Source of the DNA: Chrysomallon squamiferum
Taxonomy: Eukaryota; Animalia; Mollusca
DNA length: 64,000 nucleotides
Assembly (NCBI GenBank): GCA_012295275.1
Contig: CM022667.1
Span: forward strand, 11,098,001 to 11,162,000
Direction of reading: 5' to 3'
Part shown: in pieces, positions 32,389-47,111 of the stretch
How positions within the stretch are numbered: position 1 is the stretch's first letter
How the letters are laid out: every line of letters starts with the position of its first letter
Position numbers and translations under genes: made by a program
The notes under the pieces: generated by a model
What the model was told of the DNA's origin: nothing
What the model saw: the letters and a program-made list of their open reading frames with translations, nothing else
The model's database searches: none

Positions 32389-34472
32389 GAATCGCTCTCA
32401 CTGTCTCTATCCGTCTCTCTCCGTCTCTCTCTCTTTCTATCTACATATCTGTTTATTTATATCTTTTTCTCTCTCTCTTCTTGTCCCAAACTCTCTCTCT
32501 CTTATTCAAAACAAAAACAAAAATAATATTAACAAAATGTCGTGGCGTTAAAACGTCCGAAATCAACTGTAAAAAAAAATATTAATTCTAAAAAAAAAAA
32601 AAAAAAATAAATAAATAAAATTTCAGGTGGAACTGAACTCAGAACCTACCATTCTCAAAATCAATTACTTAACCATCACACAACCAAGAATGATACCAAA
32701 TTTCTTTAACTCGTCTCTTTCTGCATTTAATTTAATTCGATCCCGCTCGCAGTTTCCAAATTCTCTCACTCTTTCTTTTCTAAAAGTCGTCGTTATTAGC
32801 TTCTTTTCTTTCTTTCTTTCTTTCTTTTCTTCTCCCAAATCATTCCATTTCCAGGAGGTATCACTCTATCAACCGTTCTCTCGCCTCTGTTTTCCGCTAA
32901 ATGCGTCCACTGCAGAGAAGTCAGCTAATTTAATCTGGGAATGTTAGTTCTAGGCTCATCGAGAAAATCTGCATCCAGCAAACAGTAATTAGGGAAGGGA
33001 GAGAAGTTAGTCGTAGAAATCTTTTTCTCGAAATCCGCGAATTAGAGTGATGGGTGTCAGATAGAGCGAGGGTATTTGGACGTGACTGAGTCGTAGGAGT
33101 TTACGACTCTCGTAATTATTTTGGGTTTGTTTTTTTTCAGTTTGTGTTTACGCGCTTATCTGTTAGTGCGCTTTTATATCCTTTTTTTCTTTTGTTTTTG
33201 TTTTCGTTGTGGTTTTTAACTTTTCTATTATTTTTGTTAGTTTATTATATTTTTAATGCTCTTTTGAAATCTTTATTATGTTCTGTTTTTTTTTGTTTTC
33301 TTGATAGCAATTATGGTGGTATTAGTATTTGTGGTAATAATAGTATTATTAGTCGTAATACTAGGAATAACATTACTATTAGTAGTACCAGTAAATAACA
33401 GCAATAGTAAGTAACAGCAATAGTAGTTTGGAGTTGTAGTAGTTGTTGCAGTATTAATGGTTATATATCTGGTTGTGATAGAAAAAGCCACAGTGGAATA
33501 TTTAAAACGTAATTTTCTTTATTCTTTACTGGTACTGTTTTAATTAAAAAGTATCATATATTTTAAAGAATTTAAATAAGACAATTCGTAATTTCAAACC
33601 ATGGCTATTTGCAGTACGTCTCCAACCATAAGGTTTCAGTATAACATAACGATCACATACATAAATACACGCAAGACAAGAGAAAAATGAAAACAAAGAA
33701 AAAAGAAAGAAAAGAAAAGAAATACAAAAAATAGGAATGAAAGAAGAAAAAAGAAATGAAAAAGAAGAAAGAAATAAAGAAAAAGAAAAAAGAAAGGAAA
33801 GAAAAGAACACCATATATTTAAAAGAAAAAGAAAAAGAAAACTCAACAACAATGGAAAGTGCAAGGAATGTCTACATTTATTTAAAAATCAATTCTTAAA
33901 TGAGAATAATTCCTCGTGTATTAGACTTCAGCATGAATAGATAAAACAACACACCTGTGGTTATTGGTCATTCACCTTTCCTATAAATATATATATATAT
34001 ATTTTTTTTTTTCAACCACATAATATCGACTAACGTTCTATTATCGACATTCGTTTGATCAAAAAAAAAAAGACGACAAATATCTTTAAAAATAAATCAA
34101 ACGAGAAACCATTAATTCTGTGTATAATGTCAGGAACAACAGATGCAATATCTTCTACGTAAGCAAAAACATATGTTAACATGTCTGAATCGTTTAAGTG
34201 CAGGCTTTTCTACGCTGCCGTTACAAAATACGTTTGATTCCTTTTAAGTCCAAAAATGCTAGCCGCCTACACTGTTCATGATTCGATTGTTGCCCTGTTT
34301 GGTGTTTCACTAAAATGTAGGTTTATTGCGGCTGTGGGTTTTATTGCTGTCCAAACTGACAAAACGTTGTCATGGTGTTGGAATCTGAATCTGCGTGAAT
34401 TGGAATTAGTCTTACTTATCTTCAATAGTTTTTTTAAATGTTTATCTGAGCTTTAAAATTGTCTTTGTATTT

Positions 34473-34561
<89 letters not shown>

Positions 34562-35068
34562 CCTCCCTCCCTCTTTCCCTCCCTCCCTCTTTGCTCTGCC
34601 CGTCACCATCTGTATATCTCAGTCTAAATCACACACACACACACCCACACACACCCACACACACACACACACACACACATATATAAATGGGTGTCTATGT
34701 CCTTTTTAACACAGCATTTCAAATATTATTCTTTTACAACTAATATTAATATTGATCTGCTTATATATATATAAAAAAAAAATTCTTTCTTTGCATATAA
34801 AAATATTGGTTCTGCAATAAAAATTGGATTCTTCTAATAAGCCGAGTCATAAACTGAAGATTAAACGACACGTGAGTAGTGGCCTGTTTGGAAATGTATT
34901 TTATGGCCGCTGTCCTACAGAATAACGATAAACTGTCATGATAATTTTGTATTTTATGTCCGACATTCCTCTCACCGTTTTTTGCAAGAAATACCGTAAC
35001 CATGACGATGACACGATTACACTGAAAGGTGTTCACTGATCTTCATATTGTAATGTGTTGTATCTTAC

Positions 35069-35157
<89 letters not shown>

Positions 35158-35385
35158 TAATAAGAAGAAATAAAGAAGAAGAAGAAGAATAAGAAGAAGA
35201 GTTAAAATAATAACAATAAAAATGTCACTGAAATGAAATTAAAACAACAATCCAAAAACACAAGAAGATGATGACGACGACAACAACAGCAACGAAAACT
35301 ACGAAATAAACAACCAGCATCAAACATTAATAGTCCTAGTACCATGATGATGGCGATACTTATAATAAATAAATAAATAAATAAA

Positions 35386-35426
<41 letters not shown>

Positions 35427-35743
35427 AAAAATAAATAAATAAATAAATAAAAAATAAAAAGTAAATAAATAAATAAAAAAAAAGTAAATAAATAAATAAA
35501 TAAATAAATAAATATAAACAAAACAACACAATAATAAACAAGAACAAGAAAACGTGAAAATAAAGCTGAGACTGTTTTACTCAATGAGACGTAAACACGA
35601 ACAGACAGCCAAATAACAGGACACGAAAAACGTTTTATTATCCACTTTAGTTTCCTCACCTTTCTTTTCTATAAGCGTCAAAAATAGCAATTTCACTGTA
35701 GAAGTCAGTTAATCACTGGAAAAGTGATGCCACAAAAATACGA

Positions 35744-36126
<383 letters not shown>

Positions 36127-36428
36127 CACGCATAATTCTCAGATAATTCCTCAGTGAAGTTTCTGATTGAAGTTACCCGGTGTCACTGACCTGCCGTTCA
36201 ACGACTCTCAATGATAACCCGAAGATCACATGACCAAGGGGACAACAGCAGATGGAAAATATTCCAGAGAAACAAATTAAATATGACAAGGACCTGAATG
36301 TTGACATCCTGGTGGATTATGGGTTCCCAGACTGCGAAAAACATATTGATCATGTTGGTAAGGCGTTAGTAATTTCGTTTATTGTTAAAAAAAACAAAAT
36401 AAAAAAATAATAATAAAAGAAGATCAAT

Positions 36429-36473
<45 letters not shown>

Positions 36474-38632
36474 AAAAGAGAGTTAGTTGTATGTATTTGT
36501 GCGTGTGTATGTGTGTTAAAGAATGACAGACACAAAATGAGAGAAAGAAGGCTAGAAAGAAAGGCGGAGATAAAGATAAGAAGATAGAGAGATAGATAGA
36601 GAGAGAAATCGATAGACAGATAGCAAGAGATACAAGAAAGTTTGCTTCAAATAAACGGAAACATCGTAACGACATGAAATAAAAAGATAAACCCAGTAAA
36701 AACGAATCTAAATAATTTTTTTTTTTATTAAAAATCTAGAAATAAGAAAACATGAACGAGAACTCGGAAGTAAAACAAAAAAACAAAAAACACTCGTAAT
36801 CGGAAGAAAAAGATAATTTTTTTTTTTTTAATTTTTTTTTCCAGTGTCGTTTTATTAATGGATAACTGTTTGTCATTTCGCTACGCAGACACTTAGAGAC
36901 ACTTGTTTCAAATCACCAGACTGTAGTCTGACAGATGAACGGACGCGGAGTCTGAGAGACTTCTTAAATACGTTGTTTTTATTGACACTTTCACGAAAGG
37001 TTTATTCAGTACAATTCTAATTTCTTTTTCTCCTCTTTGTGCTTATTTATCTGGGTTTTTGGGTTTTTTTTTTATCTGTCTGAATGTTTGTCTGTACATG
37101 TATCTGTCAGTGAGTATGCTGAAAATAAAGTCTGAACTTGAATGTAAAATTCAAAAACATATATTTGTCGGGTAAAAATCTGTTTTTAGGAAAATATATT
37201 AGTATGTGTCTTTGGGTGTGATTCTCGTGTTTTGGTGTAATGACAAATTTATCTGGTTGCCTAAGGTTACGTAAAATTTAATTAAAAATTAATGTTTTAC
37301 TTTTTACTTTCTGTAGTTGTTGGTTTTTTTATGTGAAAGAGTCACCAGCTTACAGCTGAAATTATAATCATGTCTGAAGTGTGAAAAACTTCTACAATCT
37401 GGTATTAGATAAATTAATTGAAAAGCTTTGGTTGTTTTGTTGAAAATCATTTATTGTTCTTTTCTTAACCTTTATGTCAGTGAGACAGATCTAGTTGATT
37501 ACAAGATTCAAAGCAATATGGTGTACTCAAAGATAAGGGTCATCATTGTTTAAGTTTTTTTTTTTTTTTTTACAAAAACCGAAAAGAAGAAAAAAGAGAA
37601 ATCAAAAGAACTATGTAATAAATAAAAAAATAAATAAATAAATAAAAGTAAAAAAATAATAATAAAAAAAAAAAAAAAAAAAGTGAAATAAAAAAACAAA
37701 CCCAGCTAAAATAGAATTAAAAAAATAATAATAACAGAGAAAAACGTACACATAATTAAAAAAAAAAAAATACAGGGATATCATACAGTACAAAGTAGGA
37801 TATAATTTTAGTAATATCCAATAACTAAATGTAATTTATTGGTACAAACGTAACAGTGTCGTTGAAAAGTCACTAATAAACTAGTGAACATTACTTTTAG
37901 TCAATCCGTTTCCTCAAGAAGAGTCACGAGGTTCAGAAAAGTTTATTTTTGGACTCGGTAACGAAGTGTCTATTTCAGTGTTTCCTCTCTCTTTCTCGAC
38001 GTCAAATTGGTCTGCGCGTCTTGAATGAAAGGGCAAAATTAAAATAGTTAAAAAACAGAAAAAATAAAATAAAAAAAAAAAAAATAAAAAAGAAGGAAAA
38101 AAAAAGAAGAAAGAAAAGAAGAAGAAGAAGAAGAGAAAATAATGATGTGTTCTTTAGCTCAAACACGCAAAGGTCAACAAAAAAAAAAAAAAAAAAACAA
38201 TTATATAAAAATAAAATAAAATTTAAATAAAAAAATAAAGTAATCATCGACAGAATTCAAGTTCGTGCTGTACTTTTTATTTTATTTTATTTTATTTTTT
38301 TTAATTTTTTTTTAATCGTCTTTTCTCAAAAAGAAAATTCAGGAAGTTAAAAGAAATAAAATGGACGGTTAAAAATAAATGTCTTTTTTTTTTCCCACAT
38401 GATTCAAATCTCTAATTACGTGAACGAAAAAGAAGAAAATGCAAATATCGTTTTTACTAGGAAATGCTTTTAAATTTGTACTATAAATAGATGTTCTTTA
38501 TGAAAATAAATCTGTGTGAACTAATTGGTACGTTTGAAATATCAAAGACTACAGACATGTACTGAAAGTAAATTAAGAGGACTGCCACAGCTGGTATTAA
38601 TATTATTATTATTATTATTATATTCTACGTTC

Positions 38633-38668
<36 letters not shown>

Positions 38669-38848
38669 TATAACAACAACAACAATAACAGCAATGATAC
38701 CAGTAAAATAATAATAATAATGATGATGATGATGATGATGACAACAACAACAACAACACCAAAAAAGAACAACAGCAAACAGCAGTAAAACAACAACAAC
38801 AACACCACCACCACCACCACCACCACAACCAACAACAACAACAACAAC

Positions 38849-38905
<57 letters not shown>

Positions 38906-39697
38906 TCGGTGAATTCTAAAACAGAAATAGTGCTCAGGATAACAATACCTAATACTTATGCAGCTAAAGCTGTAATGTGATAGAAACAGAACACAATGTC
39001 TGTCTGGCTGTCAGGTCGAGAGTTGCAGAGACAAGATAAAGATGATATGAAGAGATGCACTATGTAAAAAGACTTGTACAAATCAACTTGTGTTAATACC
39101 TTGCTAGATGGAAGATGTCTGAAGCTTATTTGAGCTTTCGAAAAACGTTGTATATATCTTCGTACTGTATATAATAACTTATTTATTTATTTTGTTTGTG
39201 TATTGATTTATTCGTTCGTTCGTTCGTTTGTTTATTATTATTATTGTTGTTGCTATTGTTGCTGTTGTTGTTGTTGTTCTTGTTGTCGTCGCCACTTTAA
39301 ATAAATATTTTGATCATATGTACATTGTATATTTTTAAATTTTTCTTTATTTGTTTTGTTTTGTTTTGTTTCTGTGCATCGTTTATATTAAAGAACGAAA
39401 AAGAAAGAAAATATCAGAGAGTCAAAGAAGAGAGAAGAAAAAGAATGAAAGAAAGTAGTAAAGCAAGTAACGGTAGAAAGAAAGAAAACCGAAAAGAAAG
39501 GAAAGAAAGTAAAGAAAGTAAGAGAAACGAATAAGAGAAAAACATAATATTAGTAAAAATAAAGAATGAAAGAAAGTATCAAAGAAAATGTAGAGAAGAA
39601 CACAAAGATGATGAGCATAAAATAAAAACAGAAAACAAAACAAGAAGAAAACAAAATTAAAATAAAATGAAAAATAAAAATAAAAACAATTGAACGA

Positions 39698-39748
<51 letters not shown>

Positions 39749-40323
39749 AATGAATGGAAAAAAAAACAACCGAAAAATAACACAAAAAAATCAACAAAAA
39801 TAAAAGAAGAAGTGAACCGAAAGAAACTCTGACACAAACGACATTCTGTACCAGACACGTCAACAGCATAACTGTCAACTCACAGACTCCCTTTTTTTCT
39901 GAAGGTCGACACAAACTGATAAAATCAAAGAGAATATCCACCCCCAGAGAATTAGAGTGCCAACAGTGATGAATGGAAACAAAGCTTTGTTTGCAGGCCA
40001 CGTGCATATCTTTCTCCTGCAGCATTCAATGAAGTTAAAGTGGCATGTCGGGTTGACCAGTTCTCAACAGAACTTTATTTACACATGGGACGTCCCGCAA
40101 TGACATTAGTGAATAGCCAAGATGAAAATATGGCCCAATGCTTAAAAATCGATCAGTACAATCGTACTGATATTAAAGTAATTAATAAAGTGTATATTAC
40201 TGAGAGATAGCAGCAGCAGTGATAGTAATAATGGTAATAGTATTAGTAGTACATGAAATGATATCTGGAGTATAAAGTGGCAATAATACTTGTGAAGGTA
40301 GTTTAATAGACACATTGATCCAG

Positions 40324-40340
40324 TACTGCTGCTGCTGCTG

Positions 40341-40393
<53 letters not shown>

Positions 40394-40526
40394 GTTACTA
40401 CTGCTGCTGCTATTGCTACTGTTACTACTACTACTGCTGCTGCTGCTATTACTACTGTTACTACTACTACTACTACTACACTACTACTACATCTACAACT
40501 ACTACAACTACTACTGGTACTACTGT

Positions 40527-40558
<32 letters not shown>

Positions 40559-40570
40559 TTACTACTACCA
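40324..40570. repeat. (CTG)/(CTA)n trinucleotide array
   Basis: Read directly from sequence. Confidence 0.95.
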
Positions 40571-41071
40571 TTTTACTACTACCACAAATCATCGTTATTA
40601 TTATTATTATTATTATTTTATTTTTTATTATATTTTTTTTGTATTTTACTGGGTGTTTTTTTTTACCAACACTATTTTTGTCATACGCTATACTTGTGTG
40701 TTCATTCAAATAATAATTTACGACATGCTTTCTTCGTGCAAACAATAAACGAAATTGAATTTTATTGAATTTACTTTCCTTTACGGCAAATTACTATTGA
40801 TTTTGTTATTTTGTATGTGAATTACCAGGATCATATCTTAGCAAGATCTAACGCAGTTCATATAACACAAAAGACACCATTTCTAAAGATTATGTTTATT
40901 CAGAGGTTTCTCAGTTGCATGTTTGTTATATTTTTTTCATACAAGCTATGATTTCAGATATGTTTTAATATGTTCGGTTCAATGGAATCATTTTTATTTG
41001 CTGTAATGAAGAAGAATATTGGTTTCGATCGTTGCACGTGACGAAATTCGTAAGAAATTTATAATTGATAT

Positions 41072-41160
<89 letters not shown>

Positions 41161-41381
41161 CTTTTATTACTTGAAGACTTAAAACTTAATGCATAGGTAG
41201 GGTGATGGGTAAACAAAAAAATAAAATAATAATTAAAATAAAATAAAATAAAATAAGTAAATAAATAAGTAAATAAATAACAAAAATTAAGATAACAACA
41301 ACAACAACAACAGCACCAACGACAATAAAGGTATAACAAAAATAAAATAATAAAGCATATAAACAAACAAAAGAAATAAAA

Positions 41382-41424
<43 letters not shown>

Positions 41425-43310
41425 AAATAAAATAAAAATAAAATAAAATAAAATAAAATAAAAAAAATAGAAAAAAAAAAAATCAACAAAAAAAAAAACA
41501 ACAACAAAAAAAAAAAAACAAACAACAAAAAAACAAAACAAAACAAACAACAAAACAAAACCAGTGACAGCAGCACAAATTATTAAGAAGAAACGTTATA
41601 AAAACGATGTCGGCGAATCTAATAATAATAACAAATAATAAATCACCCTATTCAGCGGAGACGTACAGATATTTTCCAGATACAACATTTTTGTCTCTAA
41701 CTGCAATCGTACTGTCTCCATCACCTACTTGTGACGTCATTATATCTAGTCCTAACAGGATACAATCTAACTTTGATGGATCATGCACCATTCGATCAAC
41801 ACAATCAACAGAACACATCTATTTTCTATTTCTTGAAAATGCACTCAACACAAAACTTATTTTCATTATAGAGCAACACCTTCAGAACAGACAGAGAGAG
41901 AGAGAAAAAAAAATTGGTCTATACCAATTGTTTAATAATTTTGACTTTTATATATATAGATATATAAACACAACGATAAAAAAGCCCACAGAAAGGAAGA
42001 CCTCTGCAACATTATTACTATTCTTCTTCTTCTTATTGTTGTTGTTGTTGTTATTGTGGCTCTTCTTCTTCTTCTTCTTCTTCTTATTATTATTATACAT
42101 CTTGTATTCTGTGTAACTTAACTGTTCTCCAAAGGGTGAGTTCTGACAAAGGAATATTTTAACTTACGTAGGGTTTCGAAATTAAGTAAATCCGGAACCC
42201 ACAGAGATACAAGCACAAAGACACTAACCACACAGACAGTCATACTTTTCTCACATTATACCAATATAAAATTTAAAATAATAATAAATAAAGGACTATT
42301 TCCTCTAGACCAAGGGACTCAATTATTCGTTACGGTGATCGTATCATCAAAGGTTTTCAAAAACACAAGTTCTTGCTTTGAGATGAGGAGGTTGGTTCAA
42401 GTTTATACCAAGACTTTATATTAAAATTGTTTGTGCCCAGTGATAAGACGTCTGTTTAAAGCTTTAGATGAAGACGTTAATAAAAATCGTGTTGTTTTAT
42501 TTTTATAGAAGACAAAGTCGAAGAAAAATGATGAAGATGATGCGACGAATAAAAGAAATAAGTAGTAAAGAAGGAATGAAAGAAATATTATTAGTTTTCA
42601 TTATATATATATATATATATATGTGTGTATGTGTGTATATATTTAAATGAATGAATGAATGAATAAATAAATGAATGAATGAATAAATGAATGAATGAAT
42701 AAATAAATAAATGAATAAATGAATAATTGTAACAAGAACAACGTACGATCAGAGGACTTTGTTCTCTTTTCTCTTTCTTTTCATCTCTCAGCTAAGCTTA
42801 CATTTCCCTCTGGCTCTTTTTCAACACTGACTATGATTTTATGATCAGAAGAATCTGTATGAGAATCAAAACAATTACTGCCAAAAAGAAAAAAAAAACA
42901 TTTTTCTCTTTCTTCCCAGTCGTTTCAGATCGTGTGATACGATTTTCTGGTACGTTAGGTGCATCTTTTATGTGTATCCTGTTATCATTTCAGTCGGAAT
43001 ATTTCTGTAGGGAAGTGTAATTTATTTTTTATTTTTTTTTGAATTAAACTTATTAAGAAAGAGAAATAACGAAGAAAGTTTGATGTTTGTTAGAGTAGTA
43101 GTATCACTAGTAGTAATAATAGTATGACTATCATTAGTAATATTAGTAGTCGTAGTAGTAGAAGCAGTTGTAGTAGCAGCACTAGTAGTAGTAGCAACAA
43201 AAATTAAAAAAATTAAATATTAACAGCAACAGTATGTTAAATCAAAAATAATTTAAATAAGTAAGTAAGTATGTATATAAACCATTAAAATAAATAAAAA
43301 AATAAAAAAA

Positions 43311-43349
<39 letters not shown>

Positions 43350-43953
43350 AATAAAATAAAATAAAATAAAAAATCGAAGAAGGAAATAAACACTTGCTTC
43401 CTTTCTTAAGAAGAGAATCAACATCCACGAGAGAATTTTCGAACTAACAAAAAAATAAAAAAATAAAAAAATAAAATATAATAATTTTAAATTCATCTAT
43501 AAAACTTCAACTCTAAAGAACATTTAACGTCATCACTGCTATTCTAGAATGCTTGATCACTAACTTCTGAAGTCGAGTAGCGACAGATGTGATGATGAAG
43601 AACAGAACTTGTTTTTTTTAATTAAACTGCTAAATCTTTTATTTGTGCTAAGCTTAAACACGCGTCGCGTTTAAACTCAGGACACTGAGCCAGTAATTAA
43701 AACTGTATCAAGAGATGTAAAGCAGTTGGCAGTGACGGAGATGAAACGGTGCTCAGGACAAGGGAATGTTAGTAGTGAGAGATGAAAGAGGGAGAATTTT
43801 AATATTACTTTGTCGAAATTATTTTTCTGCTCGTTCTGAAATGATACAGGTTCGTTACTGTATGGTGAAAGATGAGAAAAACGTAGAAGAGAAAGTTAAA
43901 TAAAGTCAGTTTCATATTTATGTGTCTCTGTTTGTGAAAGAGGAGCCTGAGAA

Positions 43954-44052
<99 letters not shown>

Positions 44053-44944
44053 ACAGACTAGAAAAATAGAAAAACAGGCAAAAAAACCCAGATAGACAGA
44101 GATCGAAAGATAAAGAAAATGAAACAGAAACACACAGATACGGACAGACATTTAAGGGGAGAGGCAGAGAAGAAGACAGATAGACAGACGGAAAGAGAAA
44201 ATGAGAGATAAGTGAAAAAAGAAACAGACAGGCAGATGGGGAGAAAGACTTAGAGACACATAGAAAGAAACATAGAGACAGACAGAGAGAGACATATACA
44301 CAAATTGATGTTAGAGCGAAAGACAGACAGACAGACAGAAAGACATAGAGAGCGAGAGAAAGAGAGAAAGAGAAATGGAAACAGGATCGCAAAGCCAACA
44401 CGAAACAAAATGTATTAAACAGCGACTACTCAAATCATGCAACACACGAAAACAAAACTCGAAATCGTTAATAACGCGAAAAATCAACAACAGCCTTAAT
44501 TACAACTTCTACAATCAATTCAATTCTCTTGAAATTTTCCAATACGAACAGAAATTTGAAGACCTCATCGCTACCTTCCCGTCAAATACCAATACCACCA
44601 AATACAATGGCATCTGATCTAGATCACCAAATTGACAAATTTCGGATCTCTTTTGTTGGCTTCTACGTAACAACCCGACACTAGTACTTTGAAGTGTGTG
44701 ATGGGATACGACTGAGAGAGAGAGAGAGAGTTAAAAAGTTTGGTTATAACTGTCGTCTGCTCTGCATTGCAGGACACAATTGTTTGAGTAAAGATATTGG
44801 GAAGAAAACTCTATAAGACTTCAATGATGAAGAAACGCCTCGTGCAGGATGTGGAGTGATTAATTGTGAAAATATTGATGTCGCTAAATTGATCTGCAAG
44901 AATTTTTGTCCCGTTTCCATAAGAAAAAAGAAGAAGAAGGAAAT

Positions 44945-45099
44945 GTAGTAGTAGTAAAATTTGTAATAGAAGTAGTAATAGTAGTAGTAGTAAAATTTGT
45001 AATAGAAGTAGTAATAGTAGTAGTAGTAGTAGTGGTAGAAGTTGTAGTAACAGTAATGGAGTAGTAGTCCTAGTCCTAATAGTAGTAGTAGTAATAGTC

Positions 45100-45151
<52 letters not shown>

Positions 45152-45290
45152 AGTAGTAGTAGTAGTAGTAGAAGTGGTAGTAATAATAGAAGTGGTATTA
45201 ATAATAGTAATGGTGCTAGTGTTAATAGTAATAGAAGAAGCATTAGTAACAGTAATGGAGTAGTAGTCCTAGTAGTAGTAGTAGTAGTAG
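44945..45290. repeat. (AGT)n array with a perfect 36-bp tandem duplication and a 30-bp dispersed duplication
   Basis: 44945-44980 equals 44981-45016; tagtaacagtaatggagtagtagtcctagt occurs at 45045 and 45244. Confidence 0.92.
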
Positions 45291-46335
45291 TAACACTAAC
45301 ACACTTTTAGAATTACAAATAATAATAACAAAAGTAATAAATACATCTAACGCTTTCATTGTCTCTTGATCTTTGAAAGCAACTGTGGACACTAAATACG
45401 ATATAATAGCAAACACAAATCCTTTTCCTTGCAAGAAAAAAAAAAATAAAAATAAAAATAAAAACAATTAAAAAAGTAAGAAAAATGAAACCTGTTTCAT
45501 TAGGAAAAAAAAAAAAAAACTTTGTGATACAAAACTTTTAATGCTTCCACGCTAATAAATTGCGATTTCATCTGAACATTTTCGAAACGATTTTCTTGGA
45601 CGCTGAAACGGTGACAGAAATTTGTTATTCGTGTTATAGATTTTTTTTTTTTTTTTTTTTAGTTTTCTTTTTATTAATTTTAATATTTCTTTAACGAGAT
45701 AGAAGGGAAAAAAAAAAAGAAAAGAAAACAGCATTTGCAGAAAGATAAATGTCTTAATTTCACGAAAGAAATTATTTAATTTTTTTTTTTATATATATTT
45801 TTCTATTTCATTATATTTTATTTTTTATTTTATTTATTTAGATTTTTCTTTTTAATTAATGATATTGAAAAACTGAAATAACTTACAATGTTATTAACGG
45901 CTCTGTAAATGTAATGTTAACAAATGTTTGGTGGTGATGATGATGATATATTGTTATTATTGTTGTTGTTGTTGTTGTTTTTATTGTTGTTGATACTGTT
46001 GCTGTTGTTTTTATTGTTCAGTAGTGTAGTAGTAGTACAAAGGTAGCACTGGTGTTGGCGATGGTAGTAGCAGTATTAGAAGTAGTAGTAGTGGCAGTAA
46101 CCGTAATAATAAGTAAAAGGAGAAGAAACACCAACAACAACTACAACAAAAACAACAATAGCTATAACAATAACAATAACAATCACAATAACAGTAACAA
46201 TCACAATAACAACAACACCAATATCAACACCAACACCAACAACTACGAGTACAACAAGAATAACAACAACAACTGCAACAGCTAAAACAATAACAATTAC
46301 AATCATAATAAACCAACACCACCACCACCACCACC

Positions 46336-46388
<53 letters not shown>

Positions 46389-47017
46389 CAACAACAACAA
46401 CAACAACAATCTTCAGAATCGGGCCAAAACTTCAGTATGTCAATGACCTACACTTTCTCTGCTTTCGTTTCAAAATATACGCAACATGACAACGTACACG
46501 CAACGTGCAATTTTGGTCTATTTTCTTCATTAGTTTGGTCAGGCTTGTTGATAAAGCCTAACCGCTATCTCCGCAGGCGAAGCTCTTTCGAGAAATTGGT
46601 TCGTTGGTGTGTTATTTCGCAAATTAGAAGGCCAGTATTGGCTGTATTGTGCGAGTTAAAAGCGTTGATTACATTGATTCGGAAATTGCCGAAGTCTCAC
46701 GAAAGACCGACGAAAGTTGGCGAGTTCGCGCCAAGTGCAAATTGGAAAGAAATGTCAAAGCGATGGTTTTGAGTGTTTGTTAAATGCGATATTAAATGCA
46801 TTATTAAACGTGTTATTATTATTATTATTGTTGTTGTTGTTGTTGTTGTTATAAATTATTAATGTATTTATTTATTAATATGTTTATATATTTTTTTTTA
46901 TCTGGGATCATATGAATGTATTTTAAATGTTGGTTACACAATAATTATTTTTTAGAACTGGATTAAGTTAATCTGTTTTGAAAATCAATTTAGGAAAATT
47001 TGTCAAGAGAAAATAAG

Positions 47018-47111
<94 letters not shown>

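Noticed and set aside
33088-33109. Perfect 8-bp hairpin gagtcgta/tacgactc followed by T-rich sequence
   Set aside because: Intrinsic terminators are not relevant in this eukaryotic DNA, there is no CTRR Helitron end downstream, and such stems arise by chance
43648-43680. Imperfect inverted repeat around cgcgtcgcg
   Set aside because: Too short and bulged for a pre-miRNA or MITE; no target-site duplication seen
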